Assembly: GCF_006345805.1 (NCBI RefSeq) | Contig: NC_043023.1 | Coordinates: forward strand, 21,080,001 to 21,144,000 | Direction: 5' to 3' | Length of the DNA: 64,000 bases | Source: Octopus sinensis | Lineage: Eukaryota | Part shown: in pieces, positions 41,085 through 53,084 of the stretch | Layout of the letters: every line of letters begins with the position of its first letter | Numbering within the stretch: the stretch's first letter is position 1 | Translations under genes and position numbers: made by a program | The notes under the pieces: model-generated | What the model was told of the DNA's origin: nothing | The model's database searches: none | Seen by the model: the letters and a program-made list of their open reading frames with translations, nothing else

Positions 41085-41317
41085 TTAAAGCTAAAGAAAT
41101 CTTACGTATCTTTTTCGAAGGACAAATTACTTGCCTGTAAAGCCATGCTGAAAAAAGACAACCTCAGCACACAACTATAGACACCTCAAGACATCACAGA
41201 AAAAATCGAAAAAAACAAAACAATTATTTACAAAACATTCAACATCAAAACGAGGCTATACGAAAAGGCCACACAAGAAAATGTCGAAAAATGTTTAAAG
41301 CCTATATGGGCCTTTAA

Positions 41318-42124
41318 CCCTTTAGTGTTTAAACCGGCCATATCAGGCCCAGAAATTCCACATATTTTATATTCAAACTGGTAATATCTAGCCTCTCACA
41401 CCTACCCTACAATGTCATTCTAAAAATAAACAATCACATCATTGAAACCTCAAAGTTCTAAGGTTCTTCACTCCTGCTCCAGAGCGTCGGCTGCGGGGTC
41501 ATTCCGGAAAGCTCTACCTGCGACGATTTCATCTCAATCGAAGGAGAGGAGCTTTCTCCGTCCGGGTTGCGGATCCGTGGAACAAGCTGCCAGACGAGAT
41601 GGTGAAGATGCCGACGACCGCTTTGTTCAAAGCCTCCCTTGACCTCAAGTGGCCTGAACTCTTTACATGAACACCACCCTGTACTTAACTCCATGTCCCC
41701 CTAGACGACGCCGTGGTGATCTCATTCTTGCTCATAACATCATAAGCGGAAAGTGTAACTTCTCGAAAGAGCTGTTCTTCACTCCTGCTCCAGAGCGTCG
41801 GCTGCGGGGTCATTCCGAAAAGCTCTACCTGCGACGATTTCGTCTCAATCGAAGGAGAGGAGCTTTCTCCGTCCGGGTTGCGGATCCGTGGAACAAGCTG
41901 CCAGACGAGATAGTGAAGATGCCGACGACCGCTTTGTTCAAAGCCTCCCTGGACCTCAAGTGGCCTGAACTCTTTACATGAACACCACCCTGTACTTAAC
42001 TCCATGTCCCCCTACATGGCCTTGCTATTTGCTTTTGAGCCAAATTAACTAACTAACTAACTAATTCAAAACAATTTGAGTGAAAAAGTATTACATTTAA
42101 CAGAGTAATCTGAACCCTAAAGGG
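41318..42124. mobile_element. Same piggyBac-type MITE in the opposite orientation, interrupted by CR1
   Basis: TTAA|CCCTTTAG ... CTAAAGGG|TTAA. The internal sequence is the reverse complement of 40864-41084. Confidence 0.75.
41464..42063 (+). mobile_element. CR1-clade LINE 3' end, partial tandem duplication
   Basis: RGDLILAHNII...RGHSEKL...FSVRVADPWNKLP...FKASLD. (TAAC)n tail. Confidence 0.88.
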
Positions 42125-42351
42125 TTAAAAACTATATCGCAAGGGGCAACAAACTTGCCACCATCGAAGTACGATTCGATAGTGAAGAAAGAGAAGTAGT
42201 GGTTCCACCTAGAGAGACTTCCTAAGTCTATGGATATCATCCACTCACCTCATTCTCGGTCCACTCCTAGCTCTCTTGCCAATTCGCTCAGTTTGAAGAA
42301 TTTCTCTTGCAATTATTTCCCGTGACATTCTAGTCACATGTCCGTAGTACC

Positions 42352-42584
42352 TATTTCTTTATTACCCACAAGGGGCTAAACATAGAGGGGACAGACAAGG
42401 ACAGACATAGGTATTAAGTCGATTACATCGACCCCAGTGTTTCACTGGTACTTAATTTATCGACCCCGAAAGGATGAAAGGCAAAGTCGACCTCGGCGGA
42501 ATTTGAACTCAGAACGCAGCGGCGGACGAAATACCACAAAGCATTTCGCCCGGCGTGCTAACATTTCTGCCAGCTCGCCGCTAT
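42352..42584 (-). mobile_element. SINE B monomer
   Basis: 14-bp TSD atgtccgtagtacc (42338-42351, 42585-42598). Confidence 0.92.
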
Positions 42585-42679
42585 ATGTCCGTAGTACCGG
42601 AACTGTAATCACTCAGTCCGGAAACGTAACAGCTCTACCTGGAAATACTATACGAATTCTAAGCATCTTTTCATTGTAA

Positions 42680-42850
42680 TTTCTTTATAACCCTGAGCGC
42701 TAAGCGAAAGCAGGATATTGTAATCACTCGTCTTTGTTTCTTTGTCTGTGTGTTTTCAAAATTACTGGAAAATGGCAGAACGGATTTTCACCAAATTTGG
42801 CAGAAATACTCAGTGGGTGAGTGGCTCAAAATAATGAAAATTTGGTTTGA
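42680..42850 (+). mobile_element. Helentron/HINE (DINE-1-like) fragment
   Basis: tttataaccctgagcgctaagcgaaagcaggatattgtaatcac...gtctgtgtg...cggattttcaccaaatttgg resembles the HINE layout. Confidence 0.45.
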
Positions 42851-43023
42851 TTATCTTCAAATATACATAAATACATACATAGACACGGGACTCTGTGTCT
42901 CTGTGTCTGCGTGTGCCTGTGGACAGTAACGGATTGGAGGGTGTCGTTTATTTACGAGTTGATTTCTTAAATTTCACCGTTCTTGACTTCTTATCTTCTT
43001 TTAGTCCAAAGTTTAATTCTATT

Positions 43024-43415
43024 GCGTGGAGGCGCAATGGCCCAGTGGTTATGGCAGCGGACTCGCGGTCATAGGATCGCGGTTTCGATTCCCAGACCGG
43101 GCGTTGTGAGTGTTTATTGAGCGAAAACACCTAAAGCTCCACGAGGCTCCGGCAGGGGATGGTGGTGATCCCTGCTGTACTCTTTCACCACAACTTTCTC
43201 TCACTCTTACTTCCTGTTTCTGTTGTACCTGTATTTCAAAGGGCCGGCCTTGTCACTCTCTGTGTCACGCTGAATATCCCCGAGAACTACGTTAAGGGTA
43301 CACGTGTCTGTGGAGTGCTCAGCCACTTAGACGTTAATTTCACGAGCAAGCTGTTCCGTTGATTCGGATCAACCGGAACCCTCGTCGTCGTAACCGACGG
43401 AGTGCTTCCATTCCA
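43024..43415 (+). mobile_element. SINE: head C plus tail 1
   Basis: 11-bp TSD ttaattctatt and a (ttcca)n tail. Confidence 0.92.
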
Positions 43416-43617
43416 TTAATTCTATTAAACTTACAAAGCTTAATTCAATTCTATTAAAAAGCATGGCTACGCAATGTAAGTGTAACTTCTCGAAAGAGCT
43501 GTTCTTCACTCCTGCTCCACACTATAAATTACCAAGAAAATTGTCTGTGCGCAGTGTGTACATCGTCCACCCGATGCTTTCATTATTCGTTTTATCCTGA
43601 AACTTTAAAGGTAAAGA

Positions 43618-43941
43618 CCCCCTTCGGTCATGAATGACCATGGGATTGCACCTAGAAAGTTACCCTCCTAGACACAAGTCCGGGCAAGGTTGTTTATGGA
43701 AGGCCAGCAGTCGCCCATGCATACCAGCCTCCCCTCTCCACGCCACCAGTGTTATCCAAGGGAAAGACAAAGGTCGATACAGCTTGGCACCTGTGACGTC
43801 GCAACTCATTTCTACAGCTGAGTGAACTGGAGCAACGTGAAATAAAGTGCCTTGCTCAAGAACACAACACGCAGCCCGGTCCGGGATTCGAGCTCACAAC
43901 CTCACGATCGTAAGCTCGACGCTCTAACCACTGAGCCATGC
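43618..43941 (-). mobile_element. SINE: head D plus tail 4
   Basis: TGGCTCAGTGG A box, CORE-like gtgttcttgagcaaggcac, and a tail unrelated to tail 1. Confidence 0.8.
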
Positions 43942-44257
43942 AACCGGCAAATATAACGAAAACATAAACGTCTCCCTTCTAATAGTTGCGACCCCAAGAG
44001 AAATCACTCGAGTTTCATGGTTGAATGTATATCAGAGTAATAGCTGTCTTATGGCACCCAAAGCTGTGTGAATTGTTTTGCCGACATATGTAGTATCTGG
44101 CATCGGTTCAATATTTCTGGCTTTATTTTTGCCAAAATTAGTTAATGTATGAAGCCTGAAAAAATTAATAGTAATTTTCAACAATTAATATATTTATTGA
44201 AATAATATAAAATTTGGACGAATTCCTTATTTACATATTTCTAGCAATTAACGACCG

Positions 44258-44289
<32 letters not shown>

Positions 44290-44449
44290 AAAGGGAAAGT
44301 TTACGATATATATATATATAAATGGTAAGACAACAAAAGAATGAAAGAGACCTCGATATTATGTAAATAGAGGAATTTATCTGTAGATATAATATGTGAC
44401 AATTATTCGGTAGCCAAGATAAAACTCCACCTGTACCTCTGTGTATACG

Positions 44450-44481
<32 letters not shown>

Positions 44482-44504
44482 TTCATTCATACATGCACAC
44501 ATAC

Positions 44505-44670
44505 ATTCATAGATACATACACACATACATACACACACATACATACATACATACATACACACATACATACATACATCCATACATACATACATACATACAT
44601 ACATACATACATACATACATGTATGCATACATACATAGACAGACAGACAGACAGACAGATAGATAGATAA

Positions 44671-44732
<62 letters not shown>

Positions 44733-44785
44733 GGATAGATAGATGGATAGATAGATAGATAGGTAGATAGATAGATAGATAGATT

Positions 44786-44820
<35 letters not shown>

Positions 44821-44851
44821 GGATAGATAGGTAGATGGATGGATAGATGGG

Positions 44852-44884
<33 letters not shown>

Positions 44885-44885
44885 G

Positions 44886-44938
<53 letters not shown>

Positions 44939-45973
44939 GTAGCTAGATATATTGATTGATTGATTGATTGATAGATAGACAGATAGATAGACAGACAGAC
45001 AGAGACGCACAGAGAGAGAAAAAGAGAGAGAGAGAGAGAGAATATCGATTTAATGATACACTATTCTGCAAAAGGCAGTTATTATGTATGGAAGCCTAGC
45101 AACGTAACAAACTTAATCTGTATACACTGAGTCACCTAATTTCGAATCTTTGGCAGATAAATGTCACTGGTAAAACACGGAAAATGGCACCTGTCTTGCG
45201 AAATAACAATGGAGGATTCTTGTGGAATTGTTTGCCTGGAGTCAGACGAACAAGGTAACACGTTTTAGCGATGGCGGCGGAGGCGGAGTCGTCGTCATCA
45301 CATGACATAAAATGACAATGGCGCCGGACGGGGTTGTTGTGTGTGAACGGTGGCGGGGGGTGGGAGTATTGTATATGGATAGAGTGGGAGGGGAGAATGA
45401 GAGGTGGTTGTGTGGTCGGTGGAGCATGCGCTGTTGGTGTTTTTTGTGTGTTGTTTTGGTGGTGTTGGTGGTGGTGGTAGTGATGGTGGTGGTTGTGGTA
45501 GTGGTAGTAGTGGTGATGGTGGTGGTGGTAGTGATGATGGTGGTTGTGGTAGTGATGGTGGTGGTTGTGGTAGTGGTGGTAGTGGTGATGGTAGCGACTG
45601 CGGTTCTGGAGATGAGGATGGAGTTGTGCTGGTGGAGGCGGTGATCGTGCTTGCGAAGATAATCATGGTGGTGGTGGTGGTGGCCGTGGTTGTAGCGGCG
45701 GTCGTCGTGGCCGTAGTCGTGGTCGTGGTTGTGTGGTAGTGAAGGTGATGGTGGTAGTGGTAGTGGTGGTGCTGGTGCTGGTGTAATAACATCGTTTAGC
45801 AACAAAAGTAAGCTCAAGTCATAGTTTTGACGTGACTTCCATTGTGTCTGTCATGGTTGGGTTGCTGTTGTTGTCGATGGTTGTGGTGAAGGTATTGGCG
45901 GTGATGGTGATGCTGTTGCTTTCTACAATGGTTGTCCGTTGACCGATATTTCGTTCGTGTGGCATTTACTTTT

Positions 45974-46045
<72 letters not shown>

Positions 46046-46080
46046 TATATATCTATATATATATATACATATATATATAC

Positions 46081-46143
<63 letters not shown>

Positions 46144-46192
46144 TATATACATATATATATACATATATATACATATAATATATATATATATG

Positions 46193-46225
<33 letters not shown>
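44505..46225. repeat. (TACA)n/(GATA)n, (GGT)n-rich and (TA)n simple repeats
   Basis: Visible directly. Confidence 0.9.
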
Positions 46226-46264
46226 GCTCCTACACGCATTTTTCTCCTTGTTTTTTTCTGTGTA

Positions 46265-46302
46265 TCTTTCTGTCGAAGAGCGTAGGCTCGAAATGTAAAA
46301 GA
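46265..46302 (+). ncRNA. Degenerate minimal hammerhead-like motif in a short repeat between (TA)n tracts (46225-46400)
   Basis: tcttt CTGTCGA a gagc-gtag-gctc GAAAT GTA| aaaga. A6>U and C15.2>U suggest it is inactive. Confidence 0.45.
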
Positions 46303-46402
46303 CTTGTTTTATTTCTATTCCTGAGCGCCATACTAATACATTTGTTTGTTTGTACTCCACCTGCCTTCGTCTTTTGTTTATTTTCGTAAACCTTCCCGTT
46401 AC

Positions 46403-46461
<59 letters not shown>

Positions 46462-46615
46462 CATACATACATATATATATATATACATATATATATATAT
46501 GTGTATATATATATATGTATATATGTATATATATATGTATGTATGCATATATGTATGTATATGTATCACGTTAAAGTGAAGCTTATATATGTATGTGCAT
46601 ATATATATATATAAT

Positions 46616-46654
<39 letters not shown>

Positions 46655-46744
46655 CATATATATTATATATATATATATAATATATATATATATATACTGA
46701 GAGAGAGACAGACAGAAGAGAGAAGTAGATGGAGAGATGTAGTA

Positions 46745-46955
46745 TATACATGTGTGTATGTGTGTGTGACCGCGTGTGTATCGTTGGTGATTTTCTTTCT
46801 CTGTCTTCCCTTCTTTGGACTTTTTCTATATTTCTGACGAAGACCTCCGCTCGAAACGTTAAAATCCTCTTTTCTTGCCTTTCCTGTGCGTCCAATACCA
46901 CTATACTTGTTCCACGTCCTCGCGTTGTTGTTTTTCTTTCTTGTTTGGATTGACT
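46745..46955 (+). mobile_element. PLE-like short repeat with a minimal hammerhead-like motif (46831-46863; stem II mismatch)
   Basis: ttt CTGACGA a gacc-tcc-gctc GAAAC GTT| aaa. Inverted homologue at 48310-48530. Confidence 0.6.
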
Positions 46956-47085
46956 ATATATATGTATATATATATGTATATATACATACATATATATATA
47001 TACATATATATTTAAATTTAGATTTATGCATATGTGTGTGTGTATAATATATATATATGTATATATGTGTGTATATGTATATGTA

Positions 47086-47126
<41 letters not shown>

Positions 47127-47416
47127 GCATATAGACATACATATATGTACATAACTACATCCATATGTATATATACATGCATATATGGGTACAGGACATA
47201 ACAAACGTTGAACACAATGAGAAATGAAAACAAAAACAGAATATAAGACATACAACACAAGGAATATTCCCCTTCTTCAGTTGTCCCTGTTTCGTCTGCT
47301 CCGCGGTCCGAAGGCAAGGACAATACGCGACTTCATTGAAACAATCCTTCCCGCAAAGCAAATCAAATCAAATTTGGGATTTTTTTTGCGGTGGAGTAAA
47401 ATTGGTAACAAGAACA

Positions 47417-47775
47417 GGACAGTGGTTAAGGCGGCGGACTCGTGGTGGTAGTATCTCTGTTTCAATTCCCAGACTGGGTGTTTATTGAGTGAAAACGCCT
47501 AAACCTCCACGAGGCTCCAGTAGTGGGGGGGGGGTGACGAACCCTGCTGTACTCTTTCGCCCCAACTTTCTCTCACTCTTCCTTCCTGTTTCCGTTGTAC
47601 CTGTATTTCAAAGGGGCCAGCCTTGTCACACTCTGTGTCTCACTGAATCTCCCCGAGAACTACGTTAAGGGTACACGTGTCTGTGGGGTGCTCAGCCACT
47701 TACACGTTAATTTCACGAGAAGGGTGTTCCATTGATCGGATCAACTGGAACCCTCGTCGTCGCAACCGACGGAGT
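47417..47775 (+). mobile_element. Diverged SINE head C plus tail 1
   Basis: Aligns to 43024-43415. Confidence 0.85.
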
Positions 47776-47845
47776 ATCACGCTATATATATATACGCTTT
47801 TAGATATTTTTACATGTATCTCTGTATTATATTTGTATGTATGTA

Positions 47846-48235
47846 TTCTTTTATTGATTTCAGTCATTTGACTGCGGCCATAATGGAGCATCACCTTTAG
47901 TTGAACAAATCGAACCCAGGACTTATTCTTTGTAAGCCTAGTACTTATTCTTTCGGTTACTTTTGCCGAACCGCTAGGATAAGGGGACGTAAACACACCA
48001 GCATCGATTGTCAAGCGACCGCGTGATGGGGTGACAAACACAAACACATAAACACACACACATATATACATACATACGACGGGCTTCTTTCAGTTTCCGT
48101 CTATCAAATACACTCACAAGGATTAGGTCAGCCCGAGGCTATAGTAGGAGACACTTGCCCAAGGTATTACGCAGTGGGACTGAACCCGGAACTCTGTGGC
48201 TGATAAGCAAACTGCTTACCACACAGCCACCCCTG
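47846..48235 (-). mobile_element. SINE A
   Basis: Diverged full copy. Confidence 0.85.
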
Positions 48236-48309
48236 ACAAATATATATACATGTGTGTCTATAAACTCATACCTATATACATATATACAAACATAAACCTC
48301 CATATATAT

Positions 48310-48528
48310 ATATACAGTTAATCCAAACATGAAAACACAAAGAGAAAACACAACAACGCGAGGACGTGGAACAAGTATAGTGTTATTGGACGCTCAGGGA
48401 AGACGGAAAGAAGGAGGGTTTAACGTTTCGAGCGGAGCTCTTCGTCAGAAACATAGGAGAAGGAAAGATCCAGAGAAGGGAAGACGGAGAAAGAAAATCG
48501 CCAACGATACACACGCGGTCACATATTG

Positions 48529-48530
<2 letters not shown>
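48310..48530 (-). mobile_element. PLE-like short repeat with a minimal hammerhead-like motif (48418-48452)
   Basis: Minus strand: gttt CTGACGA a gagc-tcc-gctc GAAAC GTT| aaac. Confidence 0.62.
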
Positions 48531-48570
<40 letters not shown>

Positions 48571-48585
48571 TACTACATTAATACG

Positions 48586-48620
<35 letters not shown>

Positions 48621-48655
48621 ATACAAATCTACACTTTTATACATGTATATGTATG

Positions 48656-48689
<34 letters not shown>

Positions 48690-48711
48690 CGTATTAATGT
48701 AGTATATATGT

Positions 48712-48755
<44 letters not shown>

Positions 48756-48775
48756 GTATATATATATAGAGAGAG

Positions 48776-48806
<31 letters not shown>

Positions 48807-49210
48807 CGCACACACACACACACACACATACTAGTATTTCTATTGTATATATATATATATATATATGTGTATATTCGCATATATATATATATATGCATAT
48901 GTATGTATGTAACTGTATTTAATTGTATATAGAGATATATAGTCTTATGTGCACAAAAACACGCGCTGATGTGTGTGTGTGCGTATGCATGTATGCGCGT
49001 GTCTGTCTTTATGTGTGTGTGTCTCTGTGTGTGTCTCTCTTTGTTTGTGTCTGAACCAACCTAAGAAATCCTATTGATAGTGTAAGGAGATCAGATCCAA
49101 AAAGCCGTACAAATCCCGAGGATTTTGTCCTTCAGTTCTGGAGATTAACGAAATCCACTGCAGAGTATTATTGTCATCGTGACATGGCTTGTTTACTTGA
49201 AATGCTCTGG

Positions 49211-50207
49211 CCAGCCGTGACCATCCCGTCTTTATTCAGGCATAGTGTATCAAGGACTACATTGTGTCTAATGTATAATATAGGAATTGGTAGCTATAGT
49301 TATTTAGCCCCAGGTCAGTCCTGATCCAGACAGGCCTATGACCAAAGGTGTGCCAGCTGTGACTATCCCGTCTTTTATTCAGGCCTAGTGTATCTAGGAC
49401 TACATTATCCAATGTATAGTAGTATCGGTGGCTGTAGCCGTTGTTGCTTAGCCCTAGGTCAGTCCTGATCCAGACAGGACTATAATCAAAGACATTCCAG
49501 CTGTGACCATCTCATCTTTTATTAAGGCATAGTGTATCTAGGACTACATTATCTAATGTATAGTACAGGAGTCAGTAGCTATAGTTGTTGCTTAGCCCTA
49601 GGTCAGTCCTGATCCAGACAGGCCTATGACCAAAGATATTCCAGCTGTGACCATCCCATCTATAATTAAGGCCTAGTGTATCTAGGACTACATTATCTAA
49701 TGTATAGTACAGGAGTTAGTAGCTATAGTTGTTGCTTAGCCCTAGGTCAGTCCTGATCCAGACAGGCCTATGACCAAAGATATTCCAGCTGTGACCATCC
49801 CATCTATAATTAAGGCCTAGTGTATCTAGGACTACATTATCTAATGTATAGTACAGGAGTTAGTAGCTATAGTTGTTGCTTAGCCCTAGGTCAGTCCTGA
49901 TCCAGACAGGCCTATGACCAAAGATGTTCCAGCTGTGACAATCCAATCTTTTATTCAGGCCTAGTGTATCTAGGACTACATTATCTAATGTACAGTATAG
50001 GAGTTAGTAGCTATAGTTGTTGCTTAGCCCTAGGTCAGTCCTGATCCAGATAGACCTATGACCAAGGATGTTCCCGACGTGACCATCCCATCTTTTATTC
50101 AGACTTAGTGTATCTAGGACTACATTATCTAATGTATAGTACAGGAGTTAGTAGCTATAGTTGTTGCTTAGCCCTAGGTCAGTCCTGATCCAGATAGACC
50201 TATGATC
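49211..50207. repeat. Tandem repeat, ~7 x 144 bp
   Basis: The ccagctgtgac marker (or a close variant) occurs at 49211, 49353, 49497, 49641, 49785, 49929 and ~50073. Confidence 0.92.
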
Positions 50208-50224
50208 CAGTCCTGGTCCAGACA

Positions 50225-50500
50225 GACTGCTTGCGTTGCTCCGCCGCAGTAAACCTATTGGTCTCGGGGGTCTGCTTGACCTTAGCGACCGCTGATCGCC
50301 ACTTGCCTCTCTGTCCTCAACGATCTCCTCGCATCTGATGTGGCTGGTGTTGAAGGCCTTTAAGGAAGCTTTTAAAGTATCTTCGAAGCCCTGTTTTGTA
50401 TTTTCCGGGATCGTTTGTATTGTTGGAGTTCGCCATGTGTGCCAGTGACGTTCTGACTGCCTCGGGGGAGGGGCGTAGACACTGGGCTATTAGCACGGGT
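50225..50500 (-). mobile_element. Degenerate RTE C-terminal fragment
   Basis: GELQQYKRSRK / FEDTLKASLKAFN...EDR..WRSAV...ETNRFTAAEQRK. Confidence 0.6.
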
Positions 50501-50559
50501 GAGTGACGCGGTGTCTTCGATTTTGCCTTCTCATTACATGCCAAGAAAATTTTGAAGTG

Positions 50560-51165
50560 TCTTTTAAATGTCATCAAAGTGTCCTTCAAGTGTCTTTAAA
50601 GTGTGTTTGAAGTGTCTATCAAATGTCTTTCAAATGTCATTAAAGTATCTTTCAAGTGTCTTTCTAGTGTCTTTTAAGTATCTTTCCAGTATCTTTAAAA
50701 AAGTATTTAAAGTATCTTTCAAGTGTCTTTAAAATATCTTTCTAGTGTCTTTCAAGTGTCTTTCTAGTGTATTTCAAGTGTCATTAAACTGTCATTCAAG
50801 TGTTTTTAAAGTTTTTTTCAATTGTCTTTCTAGTGTCTTTCAAGTGTCTTTTAAGTATCTTTAAAGTATCTTTCCAGTATCTTTAAAAAAGTATTTAAAG
50901 TGTCTTTCAAGTGTCTTTAAAATGTATTTCAAGTGTCAGTAAAGTGTTTTTCAAGTGTCTTTCTAGTGTCTTTCAAGTGTCATTAAAATCTCTTTAAACT
51001 CTCATTAAAGCGTCTTTCAAATGCCATTAAAATGTCTTTCGAGTGTCTTTCGAGTGTCTTTCAAGTGTCTTTCGAATGTCTTTAAAGTGTCGTTAAAGTA
51101 TCTTTCATGTGTCTTTCTAGTGTCTTTCAAAGGTCTTTCAAGTGTCTTTAAAGTGTCCTTTTAAG
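50560..51165. repeat. ~11-bp minisatellite (gtgtctttcaa / gtatctttaaa variants)
   Basis: ~55 degenerate units, continuous with an RTE fragment. Confidence 0.85.
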
Positions 51166-51278
51166 TGCCTTTTCTGGCCTCCCCGGGGCCGTTTCTCGTG
51201 TTGGAGATCGCCATACAACAGCTTCTTTACGAACCGGTGACCCATCATGCGAACCACCTCACCTGCCCACCGAAGCAG
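51160..51278 (-). mobile_element. RTE fragment
   Basis: LLRWAGEVVRMMGHRFVKKLLYGDLQHEKRPRGGQKR. Confidence 0.75.
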
Positions 51279-51860
51279 GTGCAAATCAGTGGTTCTCAAC
51301 CAGGAATCATATGGCCCCTGGAAGGCCTTATTAGACTTATGAGGTCCACGTTACAAATTAGGGAATCCAATATAGTATTTTAAGGGCGCTTGAAAAGAGT
51401 TTTGGCCCGCATTGCAATACACGGTGGGGTGGGGTTTTTTTCTCTAACATTTTACAAGGGTCAACCAATACATGTTTAAAACATCGAATTATTACACTGG
51501 GGTTCACAAGAATAAAATAGTAATCAAAAAGGGTCCACACAAGCAAAAGAGTAAATTGGGGATCCGTGGTAGGTTTTTTTAAGTGTCTATGATAAATCTT
51601 TGCTTAAGATGTATGTATTTGTATGTATTACAAGAAACAGGCTGGTTTCTTTCACTAACATTTTACAAGGGTCAACCAATACATGTTTAAAACATCGAAT
51701 GGTTACTGGGTTCACCAGTATAAAAAGGGTCCACACAAGCAAAAGTGTAAATTGGGGATCCGTGGTAGTTTTTTTAAGGGTTTTTGATAAAGCTTTGCTT
51801 AAGATGTATTTGTATGTATTACAAGAAACAGGTAGGTTTCTTTCTCTGACATTTTACGTA

Positions 51861-52377
51861 TACTTTGATGTGGCGTTAACCAAGTTTTAACATAGTTTCA
51901 ATCTATGAATAAAAAGTATAGTGTGGCAATGGTCGAGTTTGCTCTGAATGTGCTCTCCTCTGCATTGGATCAGCTGATCCGACGTTCGCTCAAAATGAAT
52001 GACATCACAAAAAAATTATTTTCGACCCTTTAGAATTGGAATTTTTGAAAAGTAAAAATTTTGCATTATGTAGCTTGTTATTCTCTTTAAGTGAACATTT
52101 TTCTGGTTGAAATACACCGAAAAATGGCGACACAGCAGTAAAAAAATCGTAAAAAATAGGGATTTTCATAGAAAAAAAGCACCTTTTTGATGTAAATAAT
52201 TTTTGGTGTTAACATGGTCCGATTTGAATTTTTTCTTCTACGGAATGAAGAGCAAGCCTTCTTCTATCATACTCTCAATTTTGGTCAACTTGTGCTGCAG
52301 GGTCTCGGAGGAGATAATGTTAGTTGAAGGCTACCAAACCTGCCATACACAGACAACTTCAGCTTTATATATATAGA
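51861..52377 (-). mobile_element. Non-autonomous Helitron lacking its last ~60 bp
   Basis: Starts TCtatatatataaagctgaagttgtc. Reverse-complement homologue of 53653-54150. Confidence 0.75.
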
Positions 52378-52772
52378 CTAGCAGTATCGCCAGGCGTTGC
52401 TCGGGTTTGTTTCCACCCTTTAGAATTGGAATTTTTGAAAAGTAAAACTTTTGCATTATGTAGCTTGTTATTCTCTTTAAGTGAACATTTTTCTGGTTGA
52501 AATACACCGAAAAATGGCAACACAGCAGTAAAAAAAATGTAAAAAATAGGGATTTTCATAGAAAAAAAAGCACCTTTCTGATGTAAATAATTTTTGGTGT
52601 TAACATGGTCCGATTTAAATTTGTTTTTCTACGAAATGAAGAGCAAGCCTTCTTCTATCATACTCTCAATTTTGGTCAACTTGCGCCGCAGGGTCTCGGA
52701 GGAGATAATGTTAGTTGAAGGCTACTAAACCTGTCACACACACACAGACAACTTCAGCTTTATATATATAGA
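52378..52772 (-). mobile_element. Non-autonomous Helitron, internally deleted, both termini intact
   Basis: A|TC start. 3' hairpin-like cccgagcaacgcctgg plus CTAG|T, where the T begins the next copy. Confidence 0.8.
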
Positions 52773-53084
52773 TTTTTGTAAGTTAAGCTTTGAACAACAA
52801 AATAAGGATTATGAAAGAAGATTCTATGAAAATAGTTTTTAAACACCGAATAGTAAAGGGGGGGATCCACCAAAATAAAATAATAAATCATGATTGAGAA
52901 GCCCTGCTTTAGATGTTTTTGTTGATATGAATAGCAAGAAACAGCTAAGTTTCTTTCTCTAATAATTTACGTTGTTCAACCTACGCAAGTTAATGTTTGG
53001 AAAATAAAATAAGGATTATGAAAGAAGTTTCTAGGAAACTAGTTTTTAAACATCGAATAGCTATGGAGATCTGCCAGAAAAGAA

